From assembly GCA_951406725.2 (NCBI GenBank), contig OX597826.1, positions 63,798,001-63,862,000 of the forward strand: a DNA stretch of 64,000 bases, read 5' to 3'. Every line of letters begins with the position of its first letter. The first letter of the stretch is position 1. Shown piece by piece: positions 26,104 through 38,760 of this stretch. The notes below the pieces were generated by a model that saw only the letters and a list, made by a program, of their open reading frames with translations, had not been told where the DNA came from and ran no database searches. The position numbers were made by a program, and so were the translations under genes. Origin of the DNA: Octopus vulgaris (taxonomy: Eukaryota).

Positions 26104-27171
26104 GTAAGTATCACTACACCCAACTACTTTTTTTCTTTTAGGTGAAATAAACAGCAGAGATAATTTTACCCCATGCAGAAACTGCAGGAGCTACTCAGAG
26201 TTTTCGTAAGCTCTTCTAAGTCCATTTTTAATGCTGAAAACCCTTATTGTCAGCAGATGTCTTGAGCTGCATGCTTTTTGCCTCTTAGCTCAGTATGCTT
26301 CACCTGAGTGGGACAGCAAGGACTGAACTAGTCTTCATCTACGGAAGGGTTCCATTTGCAGACTCTTATCAACCATAGCCACTTGAGTTAGTTTTAGCAA
26401 TGCCTTTCTCCTTGATGCTTGATCAGTCCACTTGGTGATTTATTAAGCCTCTTAATCTCAGACCTCAAGCTGTCCCACCATGGCAACTAAAATCAATGTT
26501 CTCTGATTATGAGATAACATGTGCCAGAAAAATACTCTTATCTTTTACTTGTTTCAGTCATTTGACTGCAGCCATGCTGGAGCACTGCCTTTAGTCGAAT
26601 AAACTGACCCCAGGAGTTATTCCTTGTAAGCCTAGTACTTATTCTATCGGTCTCTTTTTCCGAACAACTAAGTTACAGGTACATAAAAACACCAACATTA
26701 GTTGTCAAGTATGGTGGTTGGGACAAACAAACACACACACACATATATATATACACGATGGGCTTCTTTCAATTTCCATCTACCAAATCCACTCACAAGG
26801 CTTTGATCAGCCAAGGCTATAGTAGAAGACATTTGCCCAAGGTGCCACACAGTGGGACTGACTTGGGAACCGTGTGGTTAGGAAGCAAACTTTGGAGTTG
26901 TTCCTAAATCTTTGGAAATAGAAAACACTAACAAGTAGAATTTTGTGGCCAAAAAAGAAAAGTGAATATTAGGAAGTCAATAAATGTAGTTAAAAATACC
27001 TGAAGACCATACTATAACGTATATTGTAAGCTCACCTTGTCACCAGAGTTTGGAACTGAAAAGAGAAATTGAATATTCTTATCTACCAGATGGAAAAAAG
27101 ATTGCATCTTGGAAAAAAAAAAGTTAATCACTTCAATGCTTTCATTCTTTTCATTAAATATATGAACAACG

Positions 27172-28130
27172 TACACAGATATGACAGAAGTAAATAGACA
27201 TCTTCATAATCGTTAAAATTTATTTAAATCTGAAATCATACATTCAAATTATTTATTTATTATTATAACATGTATATCTAATATTTAGTAGACATGCCTT
27301 TTGCATTTTTCAATGCAAGGACTCTATTAGGCATGCTACTGATCAGATGACGAATATTCTCGAGGAATTTCTTGCCGAGTTTCATAGAGTAATCTCAAGA
27401 GATCTGGCTTTGAAGATGCTTTCTTGTTTTTTTATGAAGTGTTTTGTTCATTATGCCTCAGGTGTTCAATAGGGCTCATATCTGGTGACTGGCTTAGCCA
27501 TGGAAGCTTTTTAATGCCATTCTCTTCCAACCAATCTTGAGTCTTTTTAGCTGTGAGACAAGGAACCCCATCTTCCATAAATAGTCTTATTTAATCATTT
27601 CACCACCTGAGAAGATTGGAAGGAGTTCTATCTGCAATATGGACACATATTTATCTGAGCTTATGTTTCCCTCACACTCCACCAGATCTGTTCAACCATT
27701 GTTCCAAATTGCTCCTCAGACCATCACAGAATAGCTGCCGTGTGCCATTGTTGACTGCAATCTTTTCATGTCAAATTCTTGATCACAGAGTCTCCAGACC
27801 CTCACTCAACCAATGTCAGGAAATACAGCAAATCTGGACTCATCAGAGAATATGACAGTGTCTCAAAATGTTAGTGGCCTCTCCACCATCTCACTGGCCC
27901 AATCTTTTCTTTGCTTGATACTGGCTGGTCAAAGAAGTGGCCTCCTTCTTGCTGCTCTGCCATAGTTGCTAAGTTTGTGGCGATACCTGACAGCTGTTCT
28001 GCTATGTCATAGGATGTGCAGTGAGGATTATCCTCCACACTTCTCTTAACAAAGCAAAGGGTCCTGTCAGAGGGCCCTGGTTAACCTGGGCAAAGAGATA
28101 TAAATTGATTTCACTCAGCTAATTTGATGG
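27172..28130 (-). mobile_element. Tc1 (DD34E) transposase pseudogene remnant
   Basis: Minus-strand motifs VIFSDESRF, FMEDGVPCLTAKKTQDWLEENGIKKLPWLSQSPDMSPIEHL (34 residues between D and E) and LISSMPNRVLALKNAKGMSTKY* (stop at 27278-27280); disrupted elsewhere. Outer limits are approximate. Confidence 0.88.
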
Positions 28131-29548
28131 ATACAAATAATTGGTAATATTACTGTAACTCATTGTGTTTTTGTTTTTATTCGCTTAAAGACCAATTGGG
28201 CTTCTTCTGCTGATATGGTACTTCGGATTCTGTCTTGAATTGCAGCCCCTCAAAAGTAGTATCTATGTAATAGCCAATCCCATAAATTTGACCTTAAAAA
28301 ATGGTCTTAAAAAAATCCAACTTTTACACGAGTATATATGATGTATATATAAATATATCTCACACTATAACTGAACATGTATAAAATTGTAAAAGAATAT
28401 GTTATTTTATTTGATTTATGTATTGTTACATGTGAAAACAATATTTCAACACAAGATGGAAAAGGAAAGTAGAAGTACCATCACTAATGTTGGAAATACA
28501 CACCTGGCCAAGTACTACTGTAATGAACATGCAAAAGTTACTCAAAACACAGGCAATATGAGACAAATATTGGTTGTAGTGCTTACATGGTAAACTTTGG
28601 TATAATAGCTTTTAAGCCATGTCACATGGTTCATTTTCCTGGCTAGTAAATTTTCAGTTAAGATTTTATTATGTATTTAAGCACAGACATGCATGTATGT
28701 CTCACCTTGGGCAAGTTTCTTCTATTATAGCCCCTGAATAGATTTTGTAAATAGAAACTGAAGGAACACTGTGTGTGTGTTGCAAAAATGGGGGGGGGGG
28801 ATGATGTTAAAGAAAGCTGTATTAGGTTTACACTCAGGAAAAATTGCAGGAAAAGTCTTTTGCATTTCAAGCATAGCTCCTCTATGGAAAGGAGAGAAAA
28901 AAAAAACAAATGTCTCAAATGTTCACTGTTTGTGTGTGTGTGCGCATTTCTCCTTGTTTTGACATTGCATGTTAGTTATAAATGAGTGTCACTGTCCTAC
29001 AAACTGCATCCTTTGTTTCTGATCTTCCCCTCTCTGTGGGAAGATATTACCTTGCTTGGAAGCAGGTAGGGGTTGACAACACAATGACCTTAGAAAATCT
29101 ACCACAATGAACTCCATCCACCCCATACAAGAGATAAGAAAGAGGATAGAAATTTTGATGTTATGAGATAATCCATGACTAATTTAAAACAATATGAATA
29201 AATAAGCATTATCTTGGCACAGTAATCCGATTGCTAAAGAGTCAAAACATGATAAGAACTTATATTAATTCACTCCAAATCTTTAACTCAAGTTAGGCTA
29301 CAACAAAGAGTCAAAGGCTGGTTATTTTGTATTTTATTTTCCTGTTTGAACCTGAAAGAAATGTTATGGATAAGGGCTATCAAATGTCTCCCTGAAACGA
29401 ATTTGTAGACTTGATACCCAAAATTTCAGCAACTTTTCAAAAATGGTGTGGAACATCATTTTTGACAGAAATTGTATGAAACTTATGCCAGAGTGAATCT
29501 TACATAGTCAATTAACTTACTAGAAACAACAGGCAAAGTCCCCTTAAT

Positions 29549-29747
29549 CCCTTTGATACCAGCTTAACTGAGACTGTTTCTTCTTTAATGATACAAATTT
29601 CTTTCAAAGTAATCTAAATTAAAACCTACCATGAAAATATTGAACACCAGTTTAATAATAACGGTAATTATACTAAATTCTTCATTATTTTCAAAATTAA
29701 TTGAAGCAAAAGTGGTGTATTGCAACAGAAATATAGTAACAAAAAGG
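29549..29747 (+). mobile_element. piggyBac-like MITE, second family
   Basis: ttaat-ccctttgatacc ... gtaacaaaaagg-ttaa ends; a related right end at about 40570-40710 (gtaacgaaaggg-ttaa). Confidence 0.6.
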
Positions 29748-30549
29748 TTAAAATGCATTCTACCATTTTTAACCAAATATAAATTGAACAAGTGGTTATA
29801 CTTTTACAGTCTCAGTTGACATGTCTTTGATCTTGTTAATCAGGGCTGATTTGGTGCTGTGACAGGAATATCTCTGCTGATCCATAAATTCTTGAATCAC
29901 AAATCTCTAAAACTGGCAAACATAAAATGCATAACCAATTATATCTCTCTATATATATAGTTATTGTCATCATCTTCATTTAGCGTCTGTTTTCCCTGCT
30001 GGCATGGATTAGATAATTTGACTGGGACTGTTAAGCCAGAGAGCTGCACCAATCTCCTCTCCCTTTTGCTTGGTGTCTACAGCTGGATGCCCTTCTTAAT
30101 GCCAACCACTCCAAGAGTGTGGTGGGTGCCTTTTACGGGTCACTGATATTGGCCATGATTTACAATTTCACTTGGCTTGGCATGTCTTCTGAGGAAATGG
30201 CCATGAGGATGAGGGATACCAGCAGAAGCGGCTCAGAGGAGAGGAAGTGATGACTGGCTGAACAGAAAGGACGAAGAGCAGTAGAATACTACAGAAGATG
30301 AGTTGAGGTGAGAGGTGGGTAATGGGTGCAAGAGTATAAAGGAGAATGAGAAGTAGGAGCAGAGGTGCTCAATGTTACTTGAGAGTGAATAATGATGAGG
30401 GTGTGGTCAGTGGTTGATATGAAACAGTGTGAAGATATATATGCACATGCAAGCATCAGAGATTGTAAGCCTAGTTTCACAATATAAATACAGTATACTG
30501 ATGATTTGTCACTCAAGATGTCATCAAATATTTATTTTTATGTTTTCAG

Positions 30550-30717
30550 CTGGACCACCTAATATCGGTCTTGGTACAAACACTCTTGGTCAACACAGGT
30601 GTTTTGGTACCCCATTCAATAATCAGGGTAGTTTGTTTGGAAGTACAGGCACTGGCACTACATTTGGAACAAGTATGAACAATGCTAGTCTATTTGGAAA
30701 CAGTACTCCCAAAACAG
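30550..30717 (+). CDS. NUP58: NUP58 C-terminal FG exon (168 nt, phase 1-1)
   Basis: ttttcag acceptor, G|gtatgt donor; GPPNIGLGTNTLGQHRCFGTPFNNQGSLFG...SLFGNSTPKT. Confidence 0.92.
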
Positions 30718-33700
30718 GTATGTATTTTAAATCCTCTCGTCATGGGTAGATTTTCGAGGGGTTTTTTTTTTTCTCAGTTGAAGTGTGGAGTCTGTTTTGG
30801 GGGTTGTTTTTTTTTATATATATATATATATATTTTAAATTTTAAAATGATAAAACTGAGTAGTTATTCATAAAGAAACACAGAGTAGTGACAAATTGAA
30901 TGTAAACATATATCGTAATGTTATTTTTCATTTGTTTGAATTCAAATTTAAGCTTTGGTGTGTTAGGCAATTTATGGGAAAACATTTCAGTTTTATGAAT
31001 TTTGAAATTTCAAACTAAAAGAAAGAAAAAATTAAGAAAATTTGCATCAGAATCCCCTGTCTGGTTACTATTGTTTACAGGTTTATTAGCTATCAGCTGA
31101 TGTTGTTTGTTGCAACAATTGTAAGCAATTCATCTACACAGTCCACAGGTGTAGCTGTGTGGTTAAGAAGGTTGCTTCCCAACTATGTTGTCTTGGGTTC
31201 TGTCCCACTGTATTGCACCTTAGGCAATTGTCTTCTACTTTAATTCCAGGCCTGCCAAAAGCCTTGTAAGTGGATTTTGTTGACAGAAACTTGAAAGAAG
31301 CTTGATGTGTGTGTGTATACCCTTCTCTTGACATCACATGATGGTTGTAAATAATCATCATCATCTTACAAGTAAAGTTGTTCATTTCCAGTCTTCTGTG
31401 ACAAACCTGTTGGGCTATAGGGAAATATTCACCTTTGCTTGGTAACAGATGAGGGTAGGTAACAGAAAGGGCATCTGGCCATAAACATTTACCTCAATAA
31501 ATTCTGTCTTATCCATGTAAGCACAGTAAAGTAGACTGACTAATGTTAGCACTCAGTTTAATTCCTGTCTTTTTATCTGTATATGGAATTATTGTTGTTT
31601 AACCCTGGGTCAGCTGTGATTTAATAGACCTGTGATCAAAAACATTCAAGTCCATGACCAGTAATTTTTTTTTTTATTTAAGCATTGTATAATCACCATG
31701 CTTAATATTGTTGTTTAACCCTGGGTCAGTCCAGATGACTAAGCAGCCTTATGACTAAAGGCACTCCAGTGAAGATAGAGGAAGGCTTTGTGGTTAAGAA
31801 GTTTGCTTTGCAACCACACAGTTCCACGTTCATTTGGTTCCACTGCATGCTACCTTGGGCAGTTGTCTTCTACTGTAGTCCCAGGCCAACCAGTGTGTTG
31901 TGAGAGAATTGAAAGACAGAAACCATTTGGAAGTCCATAGTGTCTTTTTTGTGTGTGTTTTATCTTTTACTTGTTTCAATCATTGGACTGTGATCTTTCT
32001 GGGGCACTGCCTTGACGGGTTTTTGGTTGAACAAATCAACTCTAGTAATTATTATTTTTTTTAAAGCCTGGTACTTAATCTATTGGACTCTTTTGCTAAA
32101 TATTAAACGACAGGAATGTAAACAAACCAGCAGTGGTTGTAAGGTGATGGTTGGGGAGAAGCACAAAGACACACAGGCATAGGCGTGTGTGTGAGTATAT
32201 GTAATGGTCTTCTTCAAGATTCTGTCTACCAAATCCACTCATAAGACTTTGGTTGGCCTGGGACTATGGTAGTAGACACTTGCCCAAGATGCCATGCATT
32301 GGGACTAAACTTGAAACCATGTGGATAGGAAGCAAACTTCTATCACACAACCAATCTTGCACCTGTGTGTGTTTGTTTGTTCCCTATAACTTAGTGGTTT
32401 AGAAAGAAAAATCTGATAGACCAAGCTTGAGTCAATTTGTCTGACTTAAAATCCTTCAAAGGCTGTGAATGCCCCAGTATGATGGGGCACCTACAGTATC
32501 TGAAACAAGTAAGAAGATAGAAGATACAATAATAATATAAATAAAAGCAAGTAGAGGACACCAAAAACCATTTATGCTCAATAACTAAGTATTTTTTATG
32601 TGTTCTACAAGTTTGTAATACAGAGAATATGTCCTACTTGAATTTTGAGAAATGTTGCACATATTAGTGCAACCACAAATATGCCATAATTTTACATCTT
32701 CTTTTCCATGCTGGTATGGGTTGGAATAGTTTCCTTTTTTTTTTTTTTGGTTAAGGCAGTGTTTTACAGTTAGGATATGCCCATCGTGATGCTAGCTCTT
32801 TCAATCATTTCTTATAGCGTGTTGGGCTAAAACCCAGATATATGCACTCTATATATTTGTGAGTGTATTCGTGCATAGGTTGGTGGTGAAGGGTAGTCTG
32901 GTTAAAGAATCCTGTCCTGGGCCGAGTTTGTGCACTTTTGCAAACTTTGAGCTGCCTTAGACTTGTGATGACAGAAATTTGAAATTCATGGGATGCTACT
33001 GCTAGTGGGTGGTTGTAAATGAATGTCACCATCATGCAAGTGCTGTTCTTCATTTCCAAACTTCTGTGAAAACAGATTTAGTCATTGGGAAATATTAGCT
33101 TACTTAGCAACAGGTGAGGGTTGATGACAGGAAAGGCATCAAGCCATAGAAAATCCACGTCAAACTATATGAAAGGTTGCTGAATATGGAGAACGTGTGG
33201 GGGAGATAGAGACTACCCCAAGTAACTCCATCCAGCTGTGAAGTTTGATAGTATCTAAGGATATGAAGAAAGGGAAGCCAACCTGACCATCTAAGATAGT
33301 TACTGAGACACTAAAAATATCCAATGATGTAGAGTTAGGGCACATGCTAATCACTTACATGGTCAGTCAGGTAGTAGAGGTAAATGTTGGTGTTTTCCTC
33401 AATAACTGAATGAGATGAAGGATGGTTACCACAGATGATCTCTACATATTGGTTTCAAATTTTGGCACAAGGCCATCAATTTAGGGGGAGGGAGTTAAGT
33501 CAGTTTGATTGACCCCAGTATTCAACTGGTACTTATTTTATTCAACCCATAAAAGATAAAAGACAAAATCAACCATGGCAACATTTGAACTCAGAACATA
33601 AAGTCAGGCAAACTGCTTGGTGGCATTTTGCCCAGCATGCTGAAGATTCTGCCATCTTGCTGCTTTCCAGATGCCCTCTTCATATTGATGCAACTTCAGA

Positions 33701-34743
33701 GTTTGATCCACTGGCTGTCCAGGTTTAGGGATTGGATACAGGGTTAACATCACCATCATCATCAACTGCGAGTTCTAGGAGTCATAAGGCTGATTTCCCA
33801 GTTTGCATGGCATATAAGCAGCCAAGATCACAACATTCCTGTTGAACAAGATACCAGTCTGTCACAGGATTTCTCATTTACAGAATGAACTGGAGCAACA
33901 TGAAATAAAGTGTTTTGCTCGAGAGAACAATGCCCCCGTCCAGTCTGGGAATCGAAACCACAATTTTGTGATTATGAGTGCAATAATCACTGGGCCACAT
34001 ACCTTCATACTAACAACCAAGTCTTATAATTAATAGCTTTGTTACAGAAACAGTAACAAAACAAGTCAACGCAATTGTATAAAGTGGACTTCCAGAGTCG
34101 AAAATCTTCATTCCTGCTTTACAGACCAAAAAAGTGGGGTAGTTGTGTGAAAATGTGATATTGCATATTAGTAAAGCATAATTAACCAATTAACTTTGTA
34201 ACTGACTTTCTTGACTTCATTCTGACAAATGTCCAAAAATGTATTTTACGCAATCCAGTTTTCCTATTAACTAGTAATTAGTCATTGTTACATTATTTTT
34301 TGTCTTTTTCTCTTCCTTTTATCTTCTTCCTCTTACCCACTCAAACACTGCTAAGGTTTTCAACTCCTAACCCTCACAACAGTGGCAAGTAATATCTCAA
34401 TAATTCAAAAGGCCACCTCTATATGGTAACTCTACTTGCTGGAAATAGCTGTCAAATTAAACACTGCATCAACCAGATTATCAGATGTTTTTATACACTG
34501 CTGATCACTAATGTGCTTTAAATTCTCTTCTGACTGCACCCTTCTTTTCCGTCTTAGCTTAATGTCTTCAGGGAGCAGGTAGGGGCTCTGCATGGCCTTT
34601 TCCGGTCTCTTGGATACTGCTCAGCAACTGCACAGGTCCACCTTTTGTCTGTGAACGATGTGACATGTCTAGCCTAGCAGTGCTGGTACTTTCAGTATTC
34701 TGCAGTCATGCTCACTCCATTCCATTATTGAATTACTTTGTTT

Positions 34744-35166
34744 CATCATCATCATCATCATCATCGTTTAACGTCCGTTCTCCATGCTAGCATGGGTTGG
34801 ACGGTTCGACCAGAGTCTGGGAAGCCAGGAGGCTGCACCAGGCTCCAGTCTGATCTGGCAGTGTTTCTACAGCTGGATGCCCTTCCTAATGCCAACCACT
34901 CCGTGAGTGTAGTGGGTGCTTTTTTACATGCCACCGGCACAGGTGCCAGGGGAGTCTGGCAGCTGCCACGATCGGTTGGTGCTTTTTACGTGCCACCGGC
35001 ACAGAAGCCAGTCAAGGCGGCACTGGCATCAGCCACGTTCGGATGGTGCTTTTTACGTGCCACCAGCACATAAGCCAGTCGAGGCGGCACTGGCATCGGC
35101 CACGTTCGGATGGTGCTTTTTACGTGTCACCGGCACAGAAGCCAGTCAAGGCGGCGCTGGCATCGG
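34744..35166 (-). mobile_element. Retroposon with (ATG)n tail (RTE-associated SINE or LINE 3' end) carrying four tandem units of about 62-67 bp
   Basis: (cat)n-cgtttaacgtccg..catgggttggacgg..ctacagctggatgcccttcctaa motif, also at about 811, 2101, 29964, 43340 and 45808, and in the opposite orientation at about 3395 and 21680. Confidence 0.8.
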
Positions 35167-35400
35167 TGGATATGATATTCCTAGAACAGATCTTTCCATG
35201 GCCTTTTTTTTGTCATAGCTGTTTGATGTTTTCCCCACATTTCGTAGCGGCCCATTTGCATATAAAAGCACAGGTAAGACGGTGCTATTGAAGAGACTGG
35301 CACATACTATGTTTCTCACCTTTGCATTCAGCACATGTTTTCCATCATGTCCTTAGTCTCTGAGATTTCAGCATCCATATCTGTTATAAAAACATAGGTA
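35167..35400 (-). mobile_element. RTE-clade LINE reverse-transcriptase C-terminal fragment
   Basis: Minus-strand LFNSTVLPVLLYA...KKAMERSVLGIS resembles the RTE post-RT motif (VLPVLLYG.ETW...AMERRMLG). Confidence 0.7.
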
Positions 35401-36060
35401 AACATAGAGGGCTAGATATGAAATGCTCAAGAGATGAACAGGATGGTCATACTGGAGCAGTTTTGATTATAGGTCTGTTCAGTCTGGAATAAAGTGTACT
35501 TAACAACCACCACAATTACATTTCAGCCTTTTTAATTTCTAAATATATTTCCACTTTATTTCCTGTCTTTCTCCATCAACATAAGTCATTGTATGTAACT
35601 AAATCTGCTACATTTATGTGACTCTATTGTGAAATACCAGTAATGTCATTGTGTCACATCACACACACATCTTTTGTTGTTGATGTTATGTTTTTTTTTT
35701 TTTAATTTATTTATCTGTTCATTGTCCTATTTTGCATGGTTATATTTTATGACTTGTGGTGACTGTTCAACAACCTGCATTAATTGAATGACAGATTGTT
35801 TTGTTATTGTTTTTTTTTTCCCCCCCTTTCGTTTTTTTAAACTTTGGAAATATTGTCTACATTTCATTTCCACAAAAGATCGTAGATATTGTCATCATTA
35901 TCACCATCACATCTAATTTTTTTCTATGCTTGCAACACCTGTACGTATTTTCTCCCATCTAATGTTTTATGACTTGTTGCAGCTCTTTTTCATCTCCCTT
36001 GGGAGGTTCAGCACTCTGAAATCACCCCTTGCCACTCTTTCCTCTGTTTTCTTTGGAATT

Positions 36061-36452
36061 TTTACTCTTTTACTTGTTTCAGTCATCTGACTGCGGCCAT
36101 GCTGGAGCACCGCCTCCGGTCGAGCAACTCGGCCCCGGGACTTATTGTTTTTGTAAGCCCAGTACTTATTCTATCGGTCTCTTGCCGAACCGCTAAGCAA
36201 CGGGGACATAAACACACCAGCATCGGTTGTCAAGCAATGCTAGGAGGACAAACACACACACGCATATATATATATATATACATATATACGACGGGCTTCT
36301 TTCAGTTTCCGTCTACCAAATCCACTCACAAGGCTTTGGTCGGCCCGAGGCTATAGTAGAAGACACTTGCCCGCGGTGCCACGCAGTGGGACTGAACCCG
36401 AAACCATGTGGTTGGTGAACAAGCTACTTACCACACAGCCACTCCTGCGCCT
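36061..36452 (-). mobile_element. Full-length young tRNA-derived SINE (most abundant family in the window)
   Basis: Minus-strand head aggcgcaggagtggctgtgtggtaag (A-box-like) and ggttcagtccc (B-box-like), a gggcaagtgtctt core, an internal (TA/TG)n, and an aaacaagtaaaagagtaaa tail. Many decayed copies, e.g. 4875, 6460, 9660, 15790, 17380, 26540, 31140, 41258, 51270. Confidence 0.88.
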
Positions 36453-37049
36453 GCAGTTTTTTTTTTTTTTTTTTTTTTCTCCTACTTGGAATACTCGACA
36501 CACCCTCATTTAACTTGCATATCATCTCCATTTGTCTGTACCTGCTCTGTCTTCTCTCTTGATTACTTCAGTTGATTCCTCTTAGATTCACTTTTTTTTT
36601 TCAACTAATTTCCACTCTGTCATTTATTCACACTACCCTTATGCATCCAACAGATTGTGCTTGTCTCATATCTTTCCTGCCTCCAAACGCATCTTCTGCA
36701 TTCACTGGCCGTCTTTTGCTACCAATGCAACACCGTTTGATATGTAAGCATCACACAATATGCTGATCCCTTGCGTAGGGAATCCCTTTGTTACCAGCAG
36801 CAGTAACAGCTCACTCATTGTTTTACATCTAATCCTTATTCTAACTACTAAGTTCTCAGATCACCTTCCTCCATTGTTAATTTTGTCACCTAGGTTACAG
36901 AAGCTATCAATTACTCCTATGGAATCCTCCAAACATTTGAGAGAATTTATTTAATGAGGCAAAATATGTTTCTATGAAACCCTCTTGCAGATCTTCTCCA
37001 TATTAAATGGCAGAAATCTGGTGATTTAATGGTTATGTAAGGCAGCACC

Positions 37050-37680
37050 ATACTGACTACTCTTACATATATAGTGGCTAATGGGCACAGTACAAGAAAT
37101 GAAGAGAAATCAAGGCTCTTGGAATTTTGTAATGTAAATGGCCTAACCATTTACAACATTAACTCAAGGAAACTAACTTGCTACTTGATCATCTTTTAAT
37201 CAGGTGAACATGTAAGACAGATAGATTTCATACTGTCCAGGAAATTGGGCAGGCAACTGGTTATGAATTGTCTTTCATATACCACTCAACATAGGTTAGT
37301 GATTAGTGACACCAGAGTAAGAGCTAGACAAACCCAGATATATATGAAAATGGGGAAACTGAAAGATCCCTCTGCAGAGAGATTCTAGGTGATGTGTATA
37401 TGGAGGAGAAGGAAGAGACAGTAGGAAATTTATAAGAGACTTTTTACTGCAGGAAATTAAGCAAGCTATAACAGCTAAGAAGCACATCTGAGGAAAATGG
37501 ATTGAAAGGAACATTATCTGGTGTAAAAGTAATCAGATATAGTAAAGCAAAACAGAATACTGCACTGACATAAGCATGATGTATATGGGGGATGATAGAT
37601 GAGTTAAAAAAAGCTAAGAGAATAAAATGAGAAAAACCTGTGGAAGAAAAAGTCTAACAAAGATATGGGAAGAAGTGATG
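37050..37680 (+). mobile_element. Decayed RTE LINE endonuclease fragment
   Basis: RNEEKSRLLEFCNVNGLTIYN, QIDFILSRK and QHRLVISD motifs of the APE domain, with frameshifts. Confidence 0.75.
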
Positions 37681-37769
37681 GCAGTTAATCTTAGGAGATA
37701 TGACAAGTGACTGCAACATGTAAGCAGGAGAAAATAGGCATAAAAATATGATAATGGTGATTATGCATT

Positions 37770-38760
37770 GACTGCTTACTCTTGCATATCTGCTACATAC
37801 GAAGCCCTTCTTTTCTATCAGCCAGTCTATGATCCCACTGCATATCTTGTACACACACCCATAGTATTGAGAGCAGCATATGGAATCTCTACAGACTTTT
37901 CTGCATATCAAGCATGGCTACTTTCCATGATATTAGCAGAGTCTTGTCTTCCTTGCTAATTAAAACTTTTGCCTTAGCTATGTTTATTTTACCAAGACCT
38001 CAAAACTTACAGGACCGGTTACCCAGTTTCCTTGTCATACAAGTGACTGAGATTACAACATTCCCCTCTGAACTGGACACCAGTCCATCACAGGATTACT
38101 CATTCACAACTGAGTGGACTGAAGCAACATGAAACAGTGTCTTGCTCTCAAGAACACAATACACTGCCCTGTCCAGGAATTGAAACTTATGGTGTTGAGT
38201 GCTGCACCCTAGCCACTAGGCCATCCATCTGGATACTTTCCCTACCTTCATATTCTTAATGGTTTCTTTTCATTGTCAGTGGCCGGCTTCCCTATTGAGT
38301 ATACTTGGACGATTCTAGTTCTTCTCTTTCCTTCAAATTCTCCTCATTCAGTAACTTTGTGTTGTAGCATTTCTATGTTTCCTCTTCCTTCTCAATGCCA
38401 CTGAGGTGGAGTACATTGCTATCAGTAGTTAAACACTTCTCATCAACAGTGTCTCCTGATTCATACTGATACACTACTTCGCAGCACCTCATGTGCAGCA
38501 CCTCATACCTCACATCGCAGAACATTGGTAAACTCTTAATTTCAGTTTTTCTTCTAACTACTTGATTATCGTTCTCAGCTCCTCAACTGCCATTCTTTCC
38601 ATTTCTCTACCATTGCACCACCATATCACCTTCCACTTGGTTGGTACCTTACTCTGTCCCCACAGATTTTGTCTTTGGCTCGTAGCAAATTGTCTGGTAG
38701 AAATTCCCAGTTGTCTTGTGTTATAGGGATCTACCTCTCCTCCTCCCCCTCCCACATTCC
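37770..38760 (-). mobile_element. Decayed RTE-like LINE fragment with Cys-rich insert, split by a SINE at about 38010-38225
   Basis: Minus-strand CRKVCRDSICCSQYYGCVYKICSGII..KGFVCSRY resembles the PHD-like insert of some RTE ORFs. Confidence 0.5.

Noticed and set aside
34916-35166. Regularly spaced repeats resembling a CRISPR array
   Set aside because: The intervening sequences are near-identical rather than unique spacers; eukaryotic retroposon context; no cas genes.
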